A DNA stretch of 64,000 bases from Nymphaea colorata. Its lineage: Eukaryota. The position numbers and the translations under genes are program-made. The first letter of the stretch is position 1; every line of letters begins with the position of its first letter. The DNA is taken from assembly GCF_008831285.2 (NCBI RefSeq), contig NC_045138.2:38192001-38256000 (forward strand), read 5' to 3'. Below, piece after piece: positions 25,918 to 39,531 of the stretch. The notes beneath the pieces are model-generated. The model ran no database searches and was not told the origin of the DNA. It saw only the letters and a program-made list of their open reading frames with translations.

Positions 25918-27927
25918 CCGGCAAAGGAAAATGGGACGAATCAAGAATTACAGAGAGCCGCCTGCGCGTATGAAGATTTTGATAAAACTCATAATTTTCC
26001 ATTTTTATTTCACTTAACAGTCCGTTTTTTCGCCGTTCGTATCAGATAAAAGCACTTAGTTACAGTTTTGACAAGATGTTACATCGTCTCCATCGAAAAT
26101 GGGATTTGGATATAACCTTGGGTAAGAATTCTATAACAGACCGGATCATTCATTTATTTATAAAATTAACATTTGCAATAGATCTATTATTTAAATAAAC
26201 AGTAGATTTCAACAAAGAAAACTTTTATTACACCAAAAGCAGTTTTTCCTAAGTAAACATTTAAAAACGCAAATATCAATCCCATATCTATATTTGTTTA
26301 TTAAAATTTGTGGATTTTAAATCTGATTTTGTTTGGATGATGAAGTTTTCAAACCTCAATTCTGCCCAGTTGAGAAGTGCAATGATATCAAAAAGTTATA
26401 AATTTAAGCCAAATGGAAATAAATTGAGCTGCGTTTACTATATAGGAAGATAATGGCACTTTTAAGAAACTTGCAACTGGAAGAAAACAATGGATCAGGC
26501 GATTGTGCACGTGGATCTGCAACATCAAAAAAATTGTGAATTTGAAAGAAAAGCATGAAGTTCATTGTAATAACGAAATGTTGGATACTTTAAAAGTAAC
26601 TCTTATTACCGCTTCATTTTTTTGTGATTTAGTGACATGGAAAAGAAATATCTTCGAAAGAAGGCGGCGATGATCTGGCAAAATGATGAGACAGTTACCT
26701 TCATCTATTTACATGATCGCCACTTGCCTCTTCCCCCGCCGTCCACTGCTCCATAGCCCCCATGATTGGAAAAAATTTGATCAACTAAATAATAAATAGA
26801 CATAATACTCATTTATTTCTGTTTTTGTCTTTTAAAAAATTCAGAAAAATAGGAAATCACCAATTTTTTCATACATTTTTTTGTCCTTTATTTTGTAATA
26901 TTTATCGTAAACAAATATGAGGGAATATGTCTAAATATCATTAAACGGGTAGCTGTGTAGTGGCATTATAGGTTCACATGTGCGGCACGGGCTTTGGAGG
27001 CAGGTGAGGGTATGGTCGTAATTTTGGAGGAAAACAGGTGAACTAATGAACCCCGGCCTCCCAATTTTCAATAGGCACGGCCACCACCGCCCGCGGGGCC
27101 CATCCACCTGCCCAACTCCAACTTTGCGGGACCCACGCAAGGGGGGAGAACGAAATCGACGGCTCTGAGTATCAGGCACGATCATCGACGGCGGTGATCT
27201 GCGGAGTGGCCGTCCACACCAGCTACGTGGATTGACTTGGCGGATGATTTTTAAAAATAAAATTAAAACAAATATAAATCATTTTTAAAATTTTTGTAGG
27301 TATTTTTTATTATAAAATTAAAACTATGACACTTTAGCTGATAAAGGCTTGCAACAGTTCAAAATCTCAAAACTAAGAACGACTTTCGGGTCTTCTTTTT
27401 ACTAACTTTTTACCAACTTAAAATTATTTAACGTGAGATTCTCCATTTTTTATCTTTTGCTCTTGAATATTTCTTTTTGAAAATATTAAATGATAATAAA
27501 TGATTCATGAACTAGAAAACCCACCAAAAAAGTAAAATATTAACAAAATATTACAAGAGCCGTGACTGGAAAATGTTGCAGTTAGGTCGTTGTCTTTATC
27601 TAGAAGACGTCGACATCACGACTCAGCACCAATAAGGTTGAAGTCCGAAGATCTCGACAGCCTTCTCGACAAATTTCTCAATTTTATTCGGAGATTTTCC
27701 TAAACCAGTAAACTAGAGGAAGGAAAATCAATATTTACTGAGATTTTGCGTCGCTATGAGATTATCGAACTTTACCGTGGTTCATCGTTTATGGAGAAAC
27801 AGGTAAGTGTCAAATAATGTTCGTTATTTGATTAAAAAGGTTCATTTCTTTTATCAATGCTCAAATTATTTGTGATTTGATTGAGCATTCATATATGCAC
27901 ATACACACCCATCCCATACTTAAGTTA

Positions 27928-27930
<3 letters not shown>

Positions 27931-27976
<46 letters not shown>
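27931..27976. repeat. (TA)n microsatellite
   Basis: Directly visible. Confidence 0.97.
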
Positions 27977-27978
<2 letters not shown>

Positions 27979-28499
27979 GTGTTCTAATATAATTAATTAT
28001 AACAAATATATATGTTTATATATATAATTAAATAAAAAAAATTAAGTTGTCTAACCTCCCCAACACTTAATTTTAGTGTCCAAGCATAGACCCGAACCCA
28101 AATGAGGCCGGATGCTAGGTATTCGGCTCGATGCCACCCTTAACCCATCCCGAACAAAAAATTACTAAAAAACGAAAAATACAAAGGGATCATCACTTTC
28201 AGTCTGGCAAGAGCCGTGCATTCATTTCTTGCATTTATTATTAGTTTATTATAGATAAATAAAGTTGAAAATGCCAGTATCTGAATCCTACGTATATAAT
28301 TTAATTTCTATCAATCGAAGCGGCAAATTCTGATGTATCAATCGATTTAAATCAGTCTAACTTTTATTTTCGCTTTTAAGATAATTAAAATTGCTTAATA
28401 AAAATTCAGAATATTAAGAAGCTTTTTATCGGTTTTCCTCGGTACAGGCTGATGCAAAACAGCATTAGTAACATTGGGTAGCAGCCAGTTTTTCTAATT

Positions 28500-29730
28500 A
28501 GATTATTGTGCTCTCGAATATTTCAGATTATGTTTTAGATCCAAAATTTACCAAACCCAGATCTGATAAAGGTAAGATCAAAACTTCATATATAATTGAG
28601 TCGATCGGCTCTTTAGAGAGTCTCTGTTTCGGATTCAGATCATTTAGTGACTTGAGCAAGATACATGATTAGGATTCATATTATTTTATCGGATCTGACT
28701 AAACAGATCCAGTTTCAAGATGGTAACTGGACCCTGCCGACCTATTGACGTCCCTACTCAAACCTATCTGCTGTAATAATCTGGTGGGTGTCTATTGTTC
28801 AGAAAATGACAATACTTAAAAAGGGGAGATTCGGATGATAGACGTCAAAAGACGGAGCCAGAAATTTTTAACTGAAGAACAATTATTACGCTTTGAACTG
28901 AGTCCAAGAGCATTCGTAGAATTGGACCCAGTTCTCAATTAACAATAAGTGGGCCTGTTCGCAGCAGTTGCCTACACATGCCCACACCTAACTCCACCAC
29001 GGAAAGGCACTGATTAAGCGATCCAGGTCTCAAAGGGTTCCCATCAAAAGATCATCTAAACATTTTTGAAAAAAAAAAATTTGCACCAAAATTATGTTTT
29101 TGGCAAGGTTTTAGTGTCATTGGTTGCTTACCTGCTCGTTTGCTCACGAAAAACATATGAAGGCATTTTAATACTTGTTTAAAATTGCATGTGCCTAGTG
29201 AGTATAGCATGCTTAAAAAAAAAAAAAAAAAAAAAACTGTATCTCAACTAAGGATGTCAACGGATCGAATTCGGATTGCAGTAATTGTAGGTATATATCA
29301 AATGAATTGGTTATTTCTCTAATGTGGAGTTCAAATTTGAAATCACAAATTACGAGTCTAAATCTGAATTTTTACATGTAATTGGATGTGTGTGGGTTTC
29401 TCTTAGAATCATTTGGAAAGTGAACCTAAACTTTGTTACCAATTCGGGTGAATATGAAGGAAATACTCCAAAAAAGCCGAAAACCAACGTTCTTTTCCTC
29501 TGTTTACGGGGTTTAGAGTTGTTTTGGAACCTGAATGAAGAGGGAGTGAGACGCCCAGGTGAATGTAGATGTCTCTAAGAATTAAATGGTAATTGGGTCT
29601 GTAATTTATTATGAAATTAAACTAAATAAAATTTGTTCTGAAACAAATAATAAACTATGCTTGAACAATCCGACATATCCAATTGGATACCATTTTAAAT
29701 TATGTCAGGAACAAAACTGACAGCCCAAAT
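28500..29730. mobile_element. Decayed MITE/hAT-like non-autonomous element ends
   Basis: Terminal-like motifs ttgacgtcccta (~28745-28756), taaggatgtcaa (~29249) and ctgacagcccaa (~29718), with nearby ggatc/atccg-rich subterminal repeats. No clean TSD found. Confidence 0.4.
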
Positions 29731-30633
29731 AAGTTTTTCCTTTCTGGCATGGAAATTAGAAACTGATCAAGTCTTTCCAGTTCTCTCTCTCTCTCTGTCT
29801 ACATTACAGTTTTAGCTTATATATTTGTATTTTAATTTTTTGTTTATGTTCTAAGATTACCATCAAATCAGGATATAGTTGGGTTTTTCTTAAAGATATT
29901 TTTGAGTTTCTTAGCCAAAATTTGCAATTTCAAACAGAGAAAATTTAAAAAAAAAAAATTCCTTGATTGTCCCTCCGATTCTGAAGTGCCAACTGAACTT
30001 TACTCTTTTCCTCCCCAACTCAAACACAAGGAAAATAGTCTTCTATGTTTGCATCCAAAAAGGCCTCCAAGTCCAAACTTTCAAAAACAAAAGCTCGCTG
30101 ACAAATTGGGAAGATTCCAAAACCCTTTAGGAGGAATCAACAACTTCACCTAACTATTTAGCTGCGAATACATGTGACAACAAAGGCGCCTTCAAAAAGT
30201 GCAATCCTTGTTTTGCTTTTTCCATTAGGACACTAATTTTCCTTGTTACTTCACCTAATGTGTTTATTAACTCATGAAAGAAAGATTAATTATTGTATTA
30301 AACAGCCTCTTCAGCTTGATTTTTGATGTTCTATTGGTTTCTGACCGTTCTGGTGTTTCGACCACATGCATCAGCCATGAGCGAATTATTTTTAATTTTT
30401 CATTTGACAGTTAATTAATAAAGATTTAATGAAGCAAAAAACTACTTGCTTTCCTGAGAATGATATTAGTCACATGATATGATTACCGATATTGACAATA
30501 CTGGTTTGAAGATTATCTTAAAAGATGAAAACACTTTATATGTGCAAATATTAGTTGCCAAATAATACACATAATAAGAGTGTGTGAACTTGTTGACCAC
30601 ACCTCAGGAAGGGTAATTGAGAACACAAAACCA

Positions 30634-30691
30634 CTGATTTTTTCAATTTTTTAGTTTTTGTTCTGATTTTTTCAATTTTTTAGTTTTTGTT
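30634..30691. repeat. 29-bp tandem duplication
   Basis: ctgattttttcaattttttagtttttgtt x2. Confidence 0.9.
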
Positions 30692-31519
30692 TTCTCACCA
30701 AGAAAAGCTATGGTTTGAGCTTCACTAACCTGAATCTGAGCCAACCTGTTTTTAGAGACATTTTTGTTCTTTTTGTGTTTTTTAAAGAGCAGTGTTTGAA
30801 TAAAGTACCAAAGTCTGTCCTGTTTATCATATTTTAATCAAGCTCGAACTAGGGGTGCAAATATAATTTCCAAATTTTCACAGGGCCAAGCGAAGATTTT
30901 AGTAAATTTTATGTATGTCAGAAAGAAATTAACAATATTGCTAAGAGAAATTTCTTGGGGTCATGTCATGTTCATTGCAGAATTTAATCTCACCAACCCC
31001 ACAGGTTTGATTTTCCACGCCAAAATTCAATCTCATGACTTCATTTTCTCAATATAAAACTTGCCTGTTTCCAGTTTCACACTCCTTCCTGTCAAAATTG
31101 AAATAAATCGTCTTTTTTTTGCTGTATGATTTAAATAGCAAAAGCTAGAAGCCAGGTGGCGTAAGCATTAATGAACGGCATTTTCCCTTGCTGACGCCAT
31201 TTTCCGTCGCCTTATTGAAGGTTCCGTTAGAGAAAGGAACTCTGACTTTTTAGCCAGCCGTCAGTCACAAATTGGCAAGTTGTCTATAGGACTGTAAAAC
31301 CAACATTTCGTCTAGTTTTTCCTTGAATTGAAGGTGAACTTTGTCACCAAATCTAAATGAGACATTCATAGAATTTTTTCATGAAGAGGATCGAATATAG
31401 TTTTAAAATTTTAAAAGGGGTCGAAATATACTTTTTCAAAAATTTTGTATATGATAAATATTTTTAAAAATTTAGATGAATTCCCCCTCCTTCCCTCCAA
31501 AGTTTTTGCCGTATTTAAG

Positions 31520-31990
31520 CGACCCTCCTCGCTCCCGAAGGTTTCCTCCACGCAATGGTTCTAGGCTGCGCGCACTGATAGATTTTCTACTCCCACCGAC
31601 TGCCACTCTTTAAATTCTCCTATCCCCAGTGTCATATTCTTCGGCAGCTGTTGTGGTTCATTCCTCAAGATCGAGTTCAGACGCAATGCAATCTTCAACT
31701 CCAATGAGTCGGTGAGTGTTTTGCTTTCATTCCATTTATTTTGGGCTTGTAAGGAAGTATAGTTTGTACCTTGCATCTTGGCATCACCCATCATTCATTG
31801 TCTTATTGACATCCTTCGCTCGGGACCTTTTGTTTGGACCTTCCATTGCTTTCCTCTCCAAAAAATGGCACTTCTTATGGCGGCCTTAGTTGTTCATCTC
31901 TGGCGGCATATATAGATTACTCGAAATGAATATCTTCTTCCACAGTTTGGCATCCGATGTCTACAATATGCTTCGTTCTATTCATTCAAA
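31520..31990 (+). mobile_element. Degenerate LINE (L1-type) ORF2 3' remnant (zf-RVT region)
   Basis: Broken frames give GFSTQWF (G.FS.KS.Y-like), RQLLWFIPQDRVQTQCNLQ (FLW....R..T..NL) and HLWRHI*ITRNEYLL (W.IW..RN..IF), in the expected order. Confidence 0.6.
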
Positions 31991-32667
31991 CATTTTGGCA
32001 GTGGTTGTAAACCTCCATTTATGACCTCTATTCTTTCTCTGTTGTAGTTTTTTCTTGTTTGTTGTAGTTTTAACTTGTTGCTATTTATTGTTTTCGCAAT
32101 GCAGCTCTATTAATGAATTTTTTTCACCTCTTTCTCTTTCTCTCTCTCTATGTCTATATATATATATATTGCTGTTGTTGGAGCAGAGTGGCACAGAGGC
32201 ATAAGACATAAACATATTTTCATTGACTGAACTTCCTTTGTACAAAGAACTCGAAGAAATACCCAAAGCTCTACCACCACAGTGAGATTGAATCAACGGA
32301 CGGGGAAAAAACTCGGTTGCTAGGAAGCACAGTGACTGCTTCCACGGCCATCTATAAAAGAGGCACATGGCCTTTCTGTCTCTTTTTGTCTCTGTTAGTC
32401 GAGCAGGGGGCGCTTCCGCCCACATGTGGTGTTGAGAAACTAAACACCACTCAACCATGGGCGACGGACCCTACTGGTCCAGCTAAAATAGCAGAGAACG
32501 AGAGAGAGAGAGAGAGAGAGATTACAAGCATGCACAAAAGCTAGCATGGACTACCAACATCGCTTCCTCCCATGGAGAAGCAGTACTGATTCTTCTGTTT
32601 TCCTTCCTTCCCATCCATGGGCAGCTATGCACTTGTTGGTTCTTCTGCTGCAACCTCCGAAGCAAAA

Positions 32668-35600
32668 CTATTCAGAATCACTGTCCATGCTTTCCAGACC
32701 CTTGAGACCCCTCCTCTTCTGCAATACCAATAAAAAAATCAAGAACGTTTATAATTAAAACCGAGACCAAACCAATAAAATGAACATCCCAAGACAGCTA
32801 ATGCAAGCGGATACCATTAGCACCACTGTGAATAATGCACAGTTTAGCTCACTTTTGGTTTTTTAGAATTAGCTGAATGAGGAGAAGGGATTCGCTTTAA
32901 GATGAATCACAGCTATACCACAAGATAAAAAAATGTTTCTCTGAAATAGTCTAAAAGAAATTATAAAAAAATTGTGGACAAAGGCCTTCCCAACACGTGG
33001 ACGAGACTGCCTTATCATTTCTGTGGGAGTCCTGGATTTCCTGCTCTCCCTGTCCACTAGATCATCACTGCACATTCAATCCAGTTGTACAAGTCCAGAA
33101 TTGTTCGATTTTTGAAGGGGATATCGGAAGAGGAAAAAGGAAATGGACAGGTTCAGAAGCGTCAGGAAAACTCTACGAGGTATGTTTAAAAATGTCCACA
33201 GATCATTTGTTTTTCTTGGAGAGGCAGCTAGGTACAGACAATTTTCGATTTCTCAAGGACACCAAAGAGGGAGGAAACTCTCGACGAAGCAACCCTTTTT
33301 AACTGTTGCACCAAAGGGATAGGAAAACCATGGGACACAACCTTTCTGGTTATTGCTTTAGCTCGGAACTCCTAATCAGTGAAGAAATCCCAAGTCAGAT
33401 AAGCAGCGATAGTTGAACACCCATGAGTAATTTCTGCTTGCAATATGCTTGACAAGTAATCAACTTTTTATTTTTCTTCTGAGATTTTCCTTCCAAAGAT
33501 CAAAGAAGTCTAAGAACTCGGGATATTTTCGCTGAGATCGTGACTTCTCTTCAAACTGCATTTATAGGGCTAAAAGGATCCAAGATGCCGCCCGATGCTG
33601 ATTAGCGAGATGAAGAAAAAGCACACGGAAAGAAGCGGACTCCGAACTCCAACATGGGCTGTTTGGTTGCTCAAGAAGTTGAAAAACCCGGTCTGGAGAA
33701 ATAGACTCAATTGGACCTTCTTTTTGTTAAGCAACAGCGTGTCAAATCAAACAAGACCGGCCGATTTTAAGCGAAAATCGGGTAGCAAATCAATTCAGTA
33801 ATAAAGATTATACCTGTCATACACTACTTGTCTTTTACTGTTTTTCAGAATATTTTAAGTTTTTCTTATTTTTAAGTTTTCATGTTTTTTTTTGCCGATT
33901 CATAACCGATACAGTCGCTTCACCGAACCGACAGCTTGTCTCATTAGTATCAGTTTCCTAGTTTCACTTGTTCGGATATACATCCAAAGGAGTTCATCGA
34001 TTTCCTGTGATCGGAAAAACCACACTTGACCACGAGATTTTGTCAATTTTCGCACAGTAAGCAGGTAGGAAAAAACCAAATAAAACATTATAATAAGCTG
34101 AAAGAGAGAGAGAGAAGGGGTCACCTTTTTCACACATTTCTTCTCCCTAACTTCGTAGCGCCCTCTGGACAAGTCGCAGAGCCACATACCAGGGAAGCAA
34201 TACTGCCAACAGAAACCACTCAGAAATTAGAAGCCGAACTTCCATTACACCAAAGTTCAACCAACACCAAAATCACATTGATCGCTACCCAAAAGAGAGG
34301 GAAAGAAACCAGTACAGCGGTAAAATGGACTACCCAACCAAACCTTCTCCCCTGCTTTCTCCACACGCTTCCATCCATCACATTAAATCCTCCTCTCTCC
34401 CCTCCCCACCAAACAAGCGAGAAGAGCGTAGAGAGAGAGGGCATAAGTTAATTGATTCACCAACAAGAAATGCGTGAGGTAGAAAGAGATGGTGGGGGCA
34501 CTCCCCATGATAGTACAGTGGCCCTCCCCCTTTCCCTTCCATAATGTCAAGGCCAACCCCACAAGAAATAAATAAACAAACATATATTGCAAGTTCAGTT
34601 TCTTTTGAAAAGTTTAAACAGCTTGAATTCAAGACAGCAAGAATAGTCTAACAGTCAGATATCGGATAAGAATGGCATCCAGGACACCAGAAATTGGAGA
34701 AATCTCAAGCCTGAAATGAACTCTTAAGTCATACTTTGGCGCAGAGTTCACAGGAAGATCAACTGAGGAACCCAGATGAGGGAAACAAAATAATAAACCA
34801 TGAAGGAGACGCCTGTGTTCTCTCCTCACACGAAAAGCACTCCCTCCAACGATCCCAAAACCCTAAGTTCACAAGGGAAAGACTGTGAAGTGTGAACCAC
34901 GAAGAGGCGCTGACATAAGACCACACAAAGTGGTCATGCCAACCGTGACTCTCCACCCTAGGTAAAACCCCGCACACACTTTCTGTGAATAAGACAGGAA
35001 GTTATTCCAGAGATTGAATTCAATAAATCTGGGTAGTAGAGGACACTTTTTTGAAGAATACCCAAATTGCGTCTTCAACAAAGGACGGGCTACCAAATAG
35101 TATAGAGTGAGAAAGTTTTGCAGTAATCTATGACAGTATGAGACAACATTCAGTTGAAGAAATCCTCACAGAGGAGCAAACCTTGTGACAAAATATATAA
35201 AGCAGAAAATCACGAGCACAAGATAGTGGTCTTCCCCATCTGGGCAGCTTTTTTACTTTAGCACTTCGTGCAATTATATTCTCACAGTATGAAATACAGA
35301 GCAAATATAAGAAATAATGATACAAAAAAGAAAAAGCTAATGGTCTGTATATGTATATATTATACCTGAAGGTTACGGTCCACCGCCTTGGCTCTCCTCT
35401 TTGGTCTCTGGGGCAGCTTGGTGCCCTTGATGGCGAGGAAATCATCTTCCTTCTCCTTCCTCGACAACGATATGTAGATCTTCGGCCACTCAAATAGATC
35501 CATGTTCACCTTCTCTGGCACCGCGGGAGCAGTTGGCTCGGCCGCAGGTGCAGAGCCGTTGCAGTCGGGCTGCTGATGGTGGTGATGGTGGGAGTTATTG

Positions 35601-38600
35601 GTCGGGACGGCCAGTGGTGGACAAGCTGCGGGATGCTTCTCTGCCTTATCAGGCGACGCTGATGTGCGCTTATCCGTTGATCTGGAGATCGGGCGGGTGT
35701 TGTTGCTAGATGGGGAGCCGTTCAACAGGGTGGGCAGCTCGTCCAGGTTCCTGTTCATGGTAAAAAAAAAAAGGCAAAGAGAGATGAGCGGGAGGTGAGG
35801 AAGGAGACGGGTAGACGGCAAAAGCGGCCACAAAAGAACGAGCTCAAAAGTAAAAGCGTCAAACACAGCAACAGAAGAGAGAGAGAGAGGCCTTTCAATT
35901 GAAAAACCAAATAACAACCGTATTAAAGAAGAAAAAAATCATCCATTGAGAAGGAGAGAGAGAGAGACATGGTTGTGCAGAGGAAAAAAACTAATACTAA
36001 TAACACCGAGTAAAACTCACTGGCTAAGAAATGGGTTTACTTCTAACAAGTGACAGACAAAGTGAGATCCCAAAATAGGCGAAAAAAGCAAAAGCAAGAG
36101 AAGGAAGGGAACCGAGAGCCTGACTCCCATCCACTGCCTTTGTGGATTACCACACTGCCCTTACGCTCAAAATAAGACCATTCCCCGACCCTCGAAGAAA
36201 AGAGGGCTTCCTGATATACCATTAATAAACATATTCATGTGCAGATCCATGCTCAAAAGAATCTGGAGAGCCTCCTCCCCGGCTCCCCCATCCAGGGGGC
36301 CTATGTAGGCTCACATGAAAACTTCTCATCGTTCATCCGAACTCCACCCCGCCTCTCCTTTTTTCAGAGGTCGAAGGCAAACATCTGTTCATGGCGATTT
36401 TCTGTGGCCGCTGCTCGTGGCGGCGGACTATGCACACGCTAAATTCCTCACCTGAAACAGAACTACCTGAGGTCGAGGCATAGCACAGTTGAAAAATCAC
36501 CATCAAGTTTCACCTCAGGTGGACTCTTTGACAGTGTTTCTGCAACTTTTACTCTATCAGGGTGGCCATTGGAAGTTAGGCAGGTAAAGACTAGTGATGA
36601 AGTTACTGAATCTAAACACAAAATTACAGCAAAAAGAATTCCCCATTCTTGATTATCGGTTCTCCTTTTCTCTATAACACCAAAAAAAAGTCAAGACCGG
36701 TCGCAGGAGTCAATAAACCTTCCACTGGAAGTCTGAAACAAGGGAACCTGAACAAGTCTTGGCCGAAATTCCTTCTGGAACGGCTATGATCCGGGAAGAC
36801 AAATATATTAGAAGTCAGGCGAGGATCACAGGTTCTATGTAGCAAGAATACAGAAAAGTCTCCGACTAGATCCGACCATAACGTGCCTGGAGAAAAAAAA
36901 AATCTTACATCAAAAGAGAGTGCTTGATGATTGGATGTCAAATGCCAAACTCCAACTACAGCAAGCAGTGCGTCCTTCTCGTTTAAGATCTGCCGTATAC
37001 CATGACGGCGAGGAAGATATGAAGTAACTTGGCTTTTCTTTCTATGCCCATCCGTTTGGTGTCTCGGATTTATTTCCGTGGGAATTTTCCTTTTTGGTGC
37101 AATCTGAAGATAGACAGATCGATGTACTTCTTAGAGTCGGAGAAGAGCCAAAGGTTTTCCCTGCTACTTCCACCAGGTTTTGCTCTCTACCGTTCACAAA
37201 AGAAAACGTCGGCAGATATCTCTTGAGGAAGAAAAGATCGATTTTTATAAATTCAGCCGTCGAATAGCCTCTGTTACTTTCAAATCACGGCCAAGAAACT
37301 CGTTCTGCGCAGAATTTTGGCAAGAAAATTCTCATTATATTATTAGGATTTATTTGGTAAAAGTCTCAAAAAGTTGTGGCACAATAACATATGAAAATTT
37401 ATACGTAAAGTATATTAATCATAAAAAAACATAAAAAAACATATTTCATTGTATTCCGGCGACATTACAGCTCAACATGTTTAAAAAAACCGAGGTTTTC
37501 TCTGAAAGAACGCGTTTTCTTTTTGGGAAGCTATTAACTCCTCAAGTATGAGGATAAGGCGAGGAGATTTTCTAAAACATTTACTGATTTTGTTGTCATC
37601 TTTTCAAGGCAAGGTTTTTAAGAAATTGGGTTGACCAAGACATGGACTATTTTGTAGCCAACCAACCTTCCTTACGAGCGAAATTCCAGTCGTTCAAAAG
37701 GGAAATTTAGAAGTATTCCCGGTGTCAACAACTCAACACAAAACAGACGCAGAGCAGACGCAGACACAGGTGAACACCAGGAATTCCCGTAATAAAAGAA
37801 GCGGGACAATTTGGGATATTGGGTTTTGCGGGTTATTAATTTATGAGCCTTCGAGGATATGGAGGTCAAGGAGTTTTAAACAGGAAAAAGCGAAAAGGGT
37901 GACTGCCTAAACCCTAATCGAGCCACCAAAAGAACTCGGATAAATGGAGAAACCAGAAAAGCAAAATATACCATCTCATGCATGCAATCATACCACTTTT
38001 CCGGGATAAGTGAGCTTATCTAGGAAAAAGCTAGACACCCATTCTTTGTTAATTAAGAAACAAGGAAGACATGGTACACCACTTGCCGAAATACTCGGAG
38101 ACTCGGCCTACGGTGAACAGTGGAACCGATTAATATTAACCAGAAAAAGTAAACGGGCATATATGGTCATATTCTGGGGGAGGCACCCACTTTTCCAGAA
38201 AATCCTGGAAAAACCGGGATATCAAACATGTGTCATAGTATTATTGAAATGAAAAGGGCCATGATGGTCACTTTGCATAACGGGTAGCAAGCACCAAACC
38301 CTAAAACAAAACAAGAGAGATGAGGTAATAGGCCTCTGACCTGCTGTGCGCCTCCCGGACGGGCGTGCACGGCCGGAGATTGCCCCCACGCGTGTATCCG
38401 GCGGCCGACGCCGTCTGGTGGTTCTGATGGCCCGGCTGGATCGGCTTATCGGAGCCGCCGACACCCGTCCTCCTGGGCATCTTAACCACCTGCCTCCCCT
38501 GGGCTGAGCCACCGTCGGACCTTGACCCTCTGGACCTCTTGTTGTGCCCCCACTGAAGCAGCACGTCCCCTCCAACCGGCGCAGCCACCGAGTTCTCGTA

Positions 38601-39531
38601 GATGGCATGGTTTTTGCTGGAACCGTTGATGTTGTTGTGATTGTGGCTGTTGTTGCTGTTGCTGATGGTGGTGGTGATGGTCTCCGGATGCTGATTAAGG
38701 GAAAAAAAAAAAAAGGAGAGGTAATTTTAGAAGAATTCTGACAGTATTAAGAGACTAGGGACAAGAATTTTCCTGAAAGAGAGGACTGTTGTAGAAACAG
38801 GGTACCAAAACCCAAAACTTGATGTAGAACATATGATCATGAGCCTTATTTTTTGCCATATAATTTGGTTTAAATGGGCGATTCGATGCACCCACTTGCT
38901 GAGATAAGCTCGGATTATAACTATAATGTACTGGGTTATCCAGAAACAAAGGGACAGGTTGAGATGCTCTGTTATGATTGATAATGGAAGATGCCAACTT
39001 TTTTTTCTCCCAGTTCTTCATGGACGAGTGGGTGAATCAAAGAGGGGCTCAAGGAAGAGAAAATATGTAGAAAAGAAGGGGAAGAAGAAGGATGGGTTTA
39101 GCAGATTGATTGATTTATACCTGAGAGGAGCTCTTTTCAGATAACTTGGCCCTCTTCTTGGGGCCCTGGGGGTGCTTGCTGCTCTTGACGGCATGGAGCT
39201 CCTCTTCCTTCTCCTTCTTCGGTAATGAATAGTAAATCTTTGGCCACTCGAAGAGATCTATGTTCAACCTTTCCGAGGCCGGTGGCGGTGCTGGTGCGCA
39301 GGAGTCCGGCCCCACCTCGGATGTGGTTATTGGAAGGGCGCCGGAGTCGTATTGGTGGTTGTTGGTGATCTCGCTGCTGCCGTGGTTAGCCTGAGCGAAA
39401 GGTAGTGACGAAGCAGGTTTCTCTAACTTGTGCGGTGACACTGATGAAGGGCGCTTTTCCGTCGATCGGGGGATCGGACGGCTTGTGTGGATGGAAGGCG
39501 ACCCGTTGAGCAGGCCAGGCAGCTCATCCAT
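32668..39531 (-). CDS. DUF1639-family protein with an additional upstream duplicated core exon
   Basis: Exons A' 39535-39121 (ATG 39531, or 39543), B 38690-38341 (GDVLLQWGHNKRSRGSR), A 35750-35366 (EWPKIYISLSRKEKEDDFLAIKGTKLPQRPKRRAK), C 34202-34125 (YCFPGMWLCDLSRGRYEVREKKCVKK), D 32718-32668 (KRRGLKGLESMDSDSE*). All junctions are GT-AG and in frame. Inclusion of A' is inferred. Confidence 0.85.

Noticed and set aside
38590..38688. Alternative frame encoding HHHHHQQQQQQ in DUF1639 exon B
   Set aside because: The phase-0 acceptor frame (HPETITTT...NHAIYENS...LQWG) is continuous with the conserved motif; the His/Gln frame is a trinucleotide-repeat artefact
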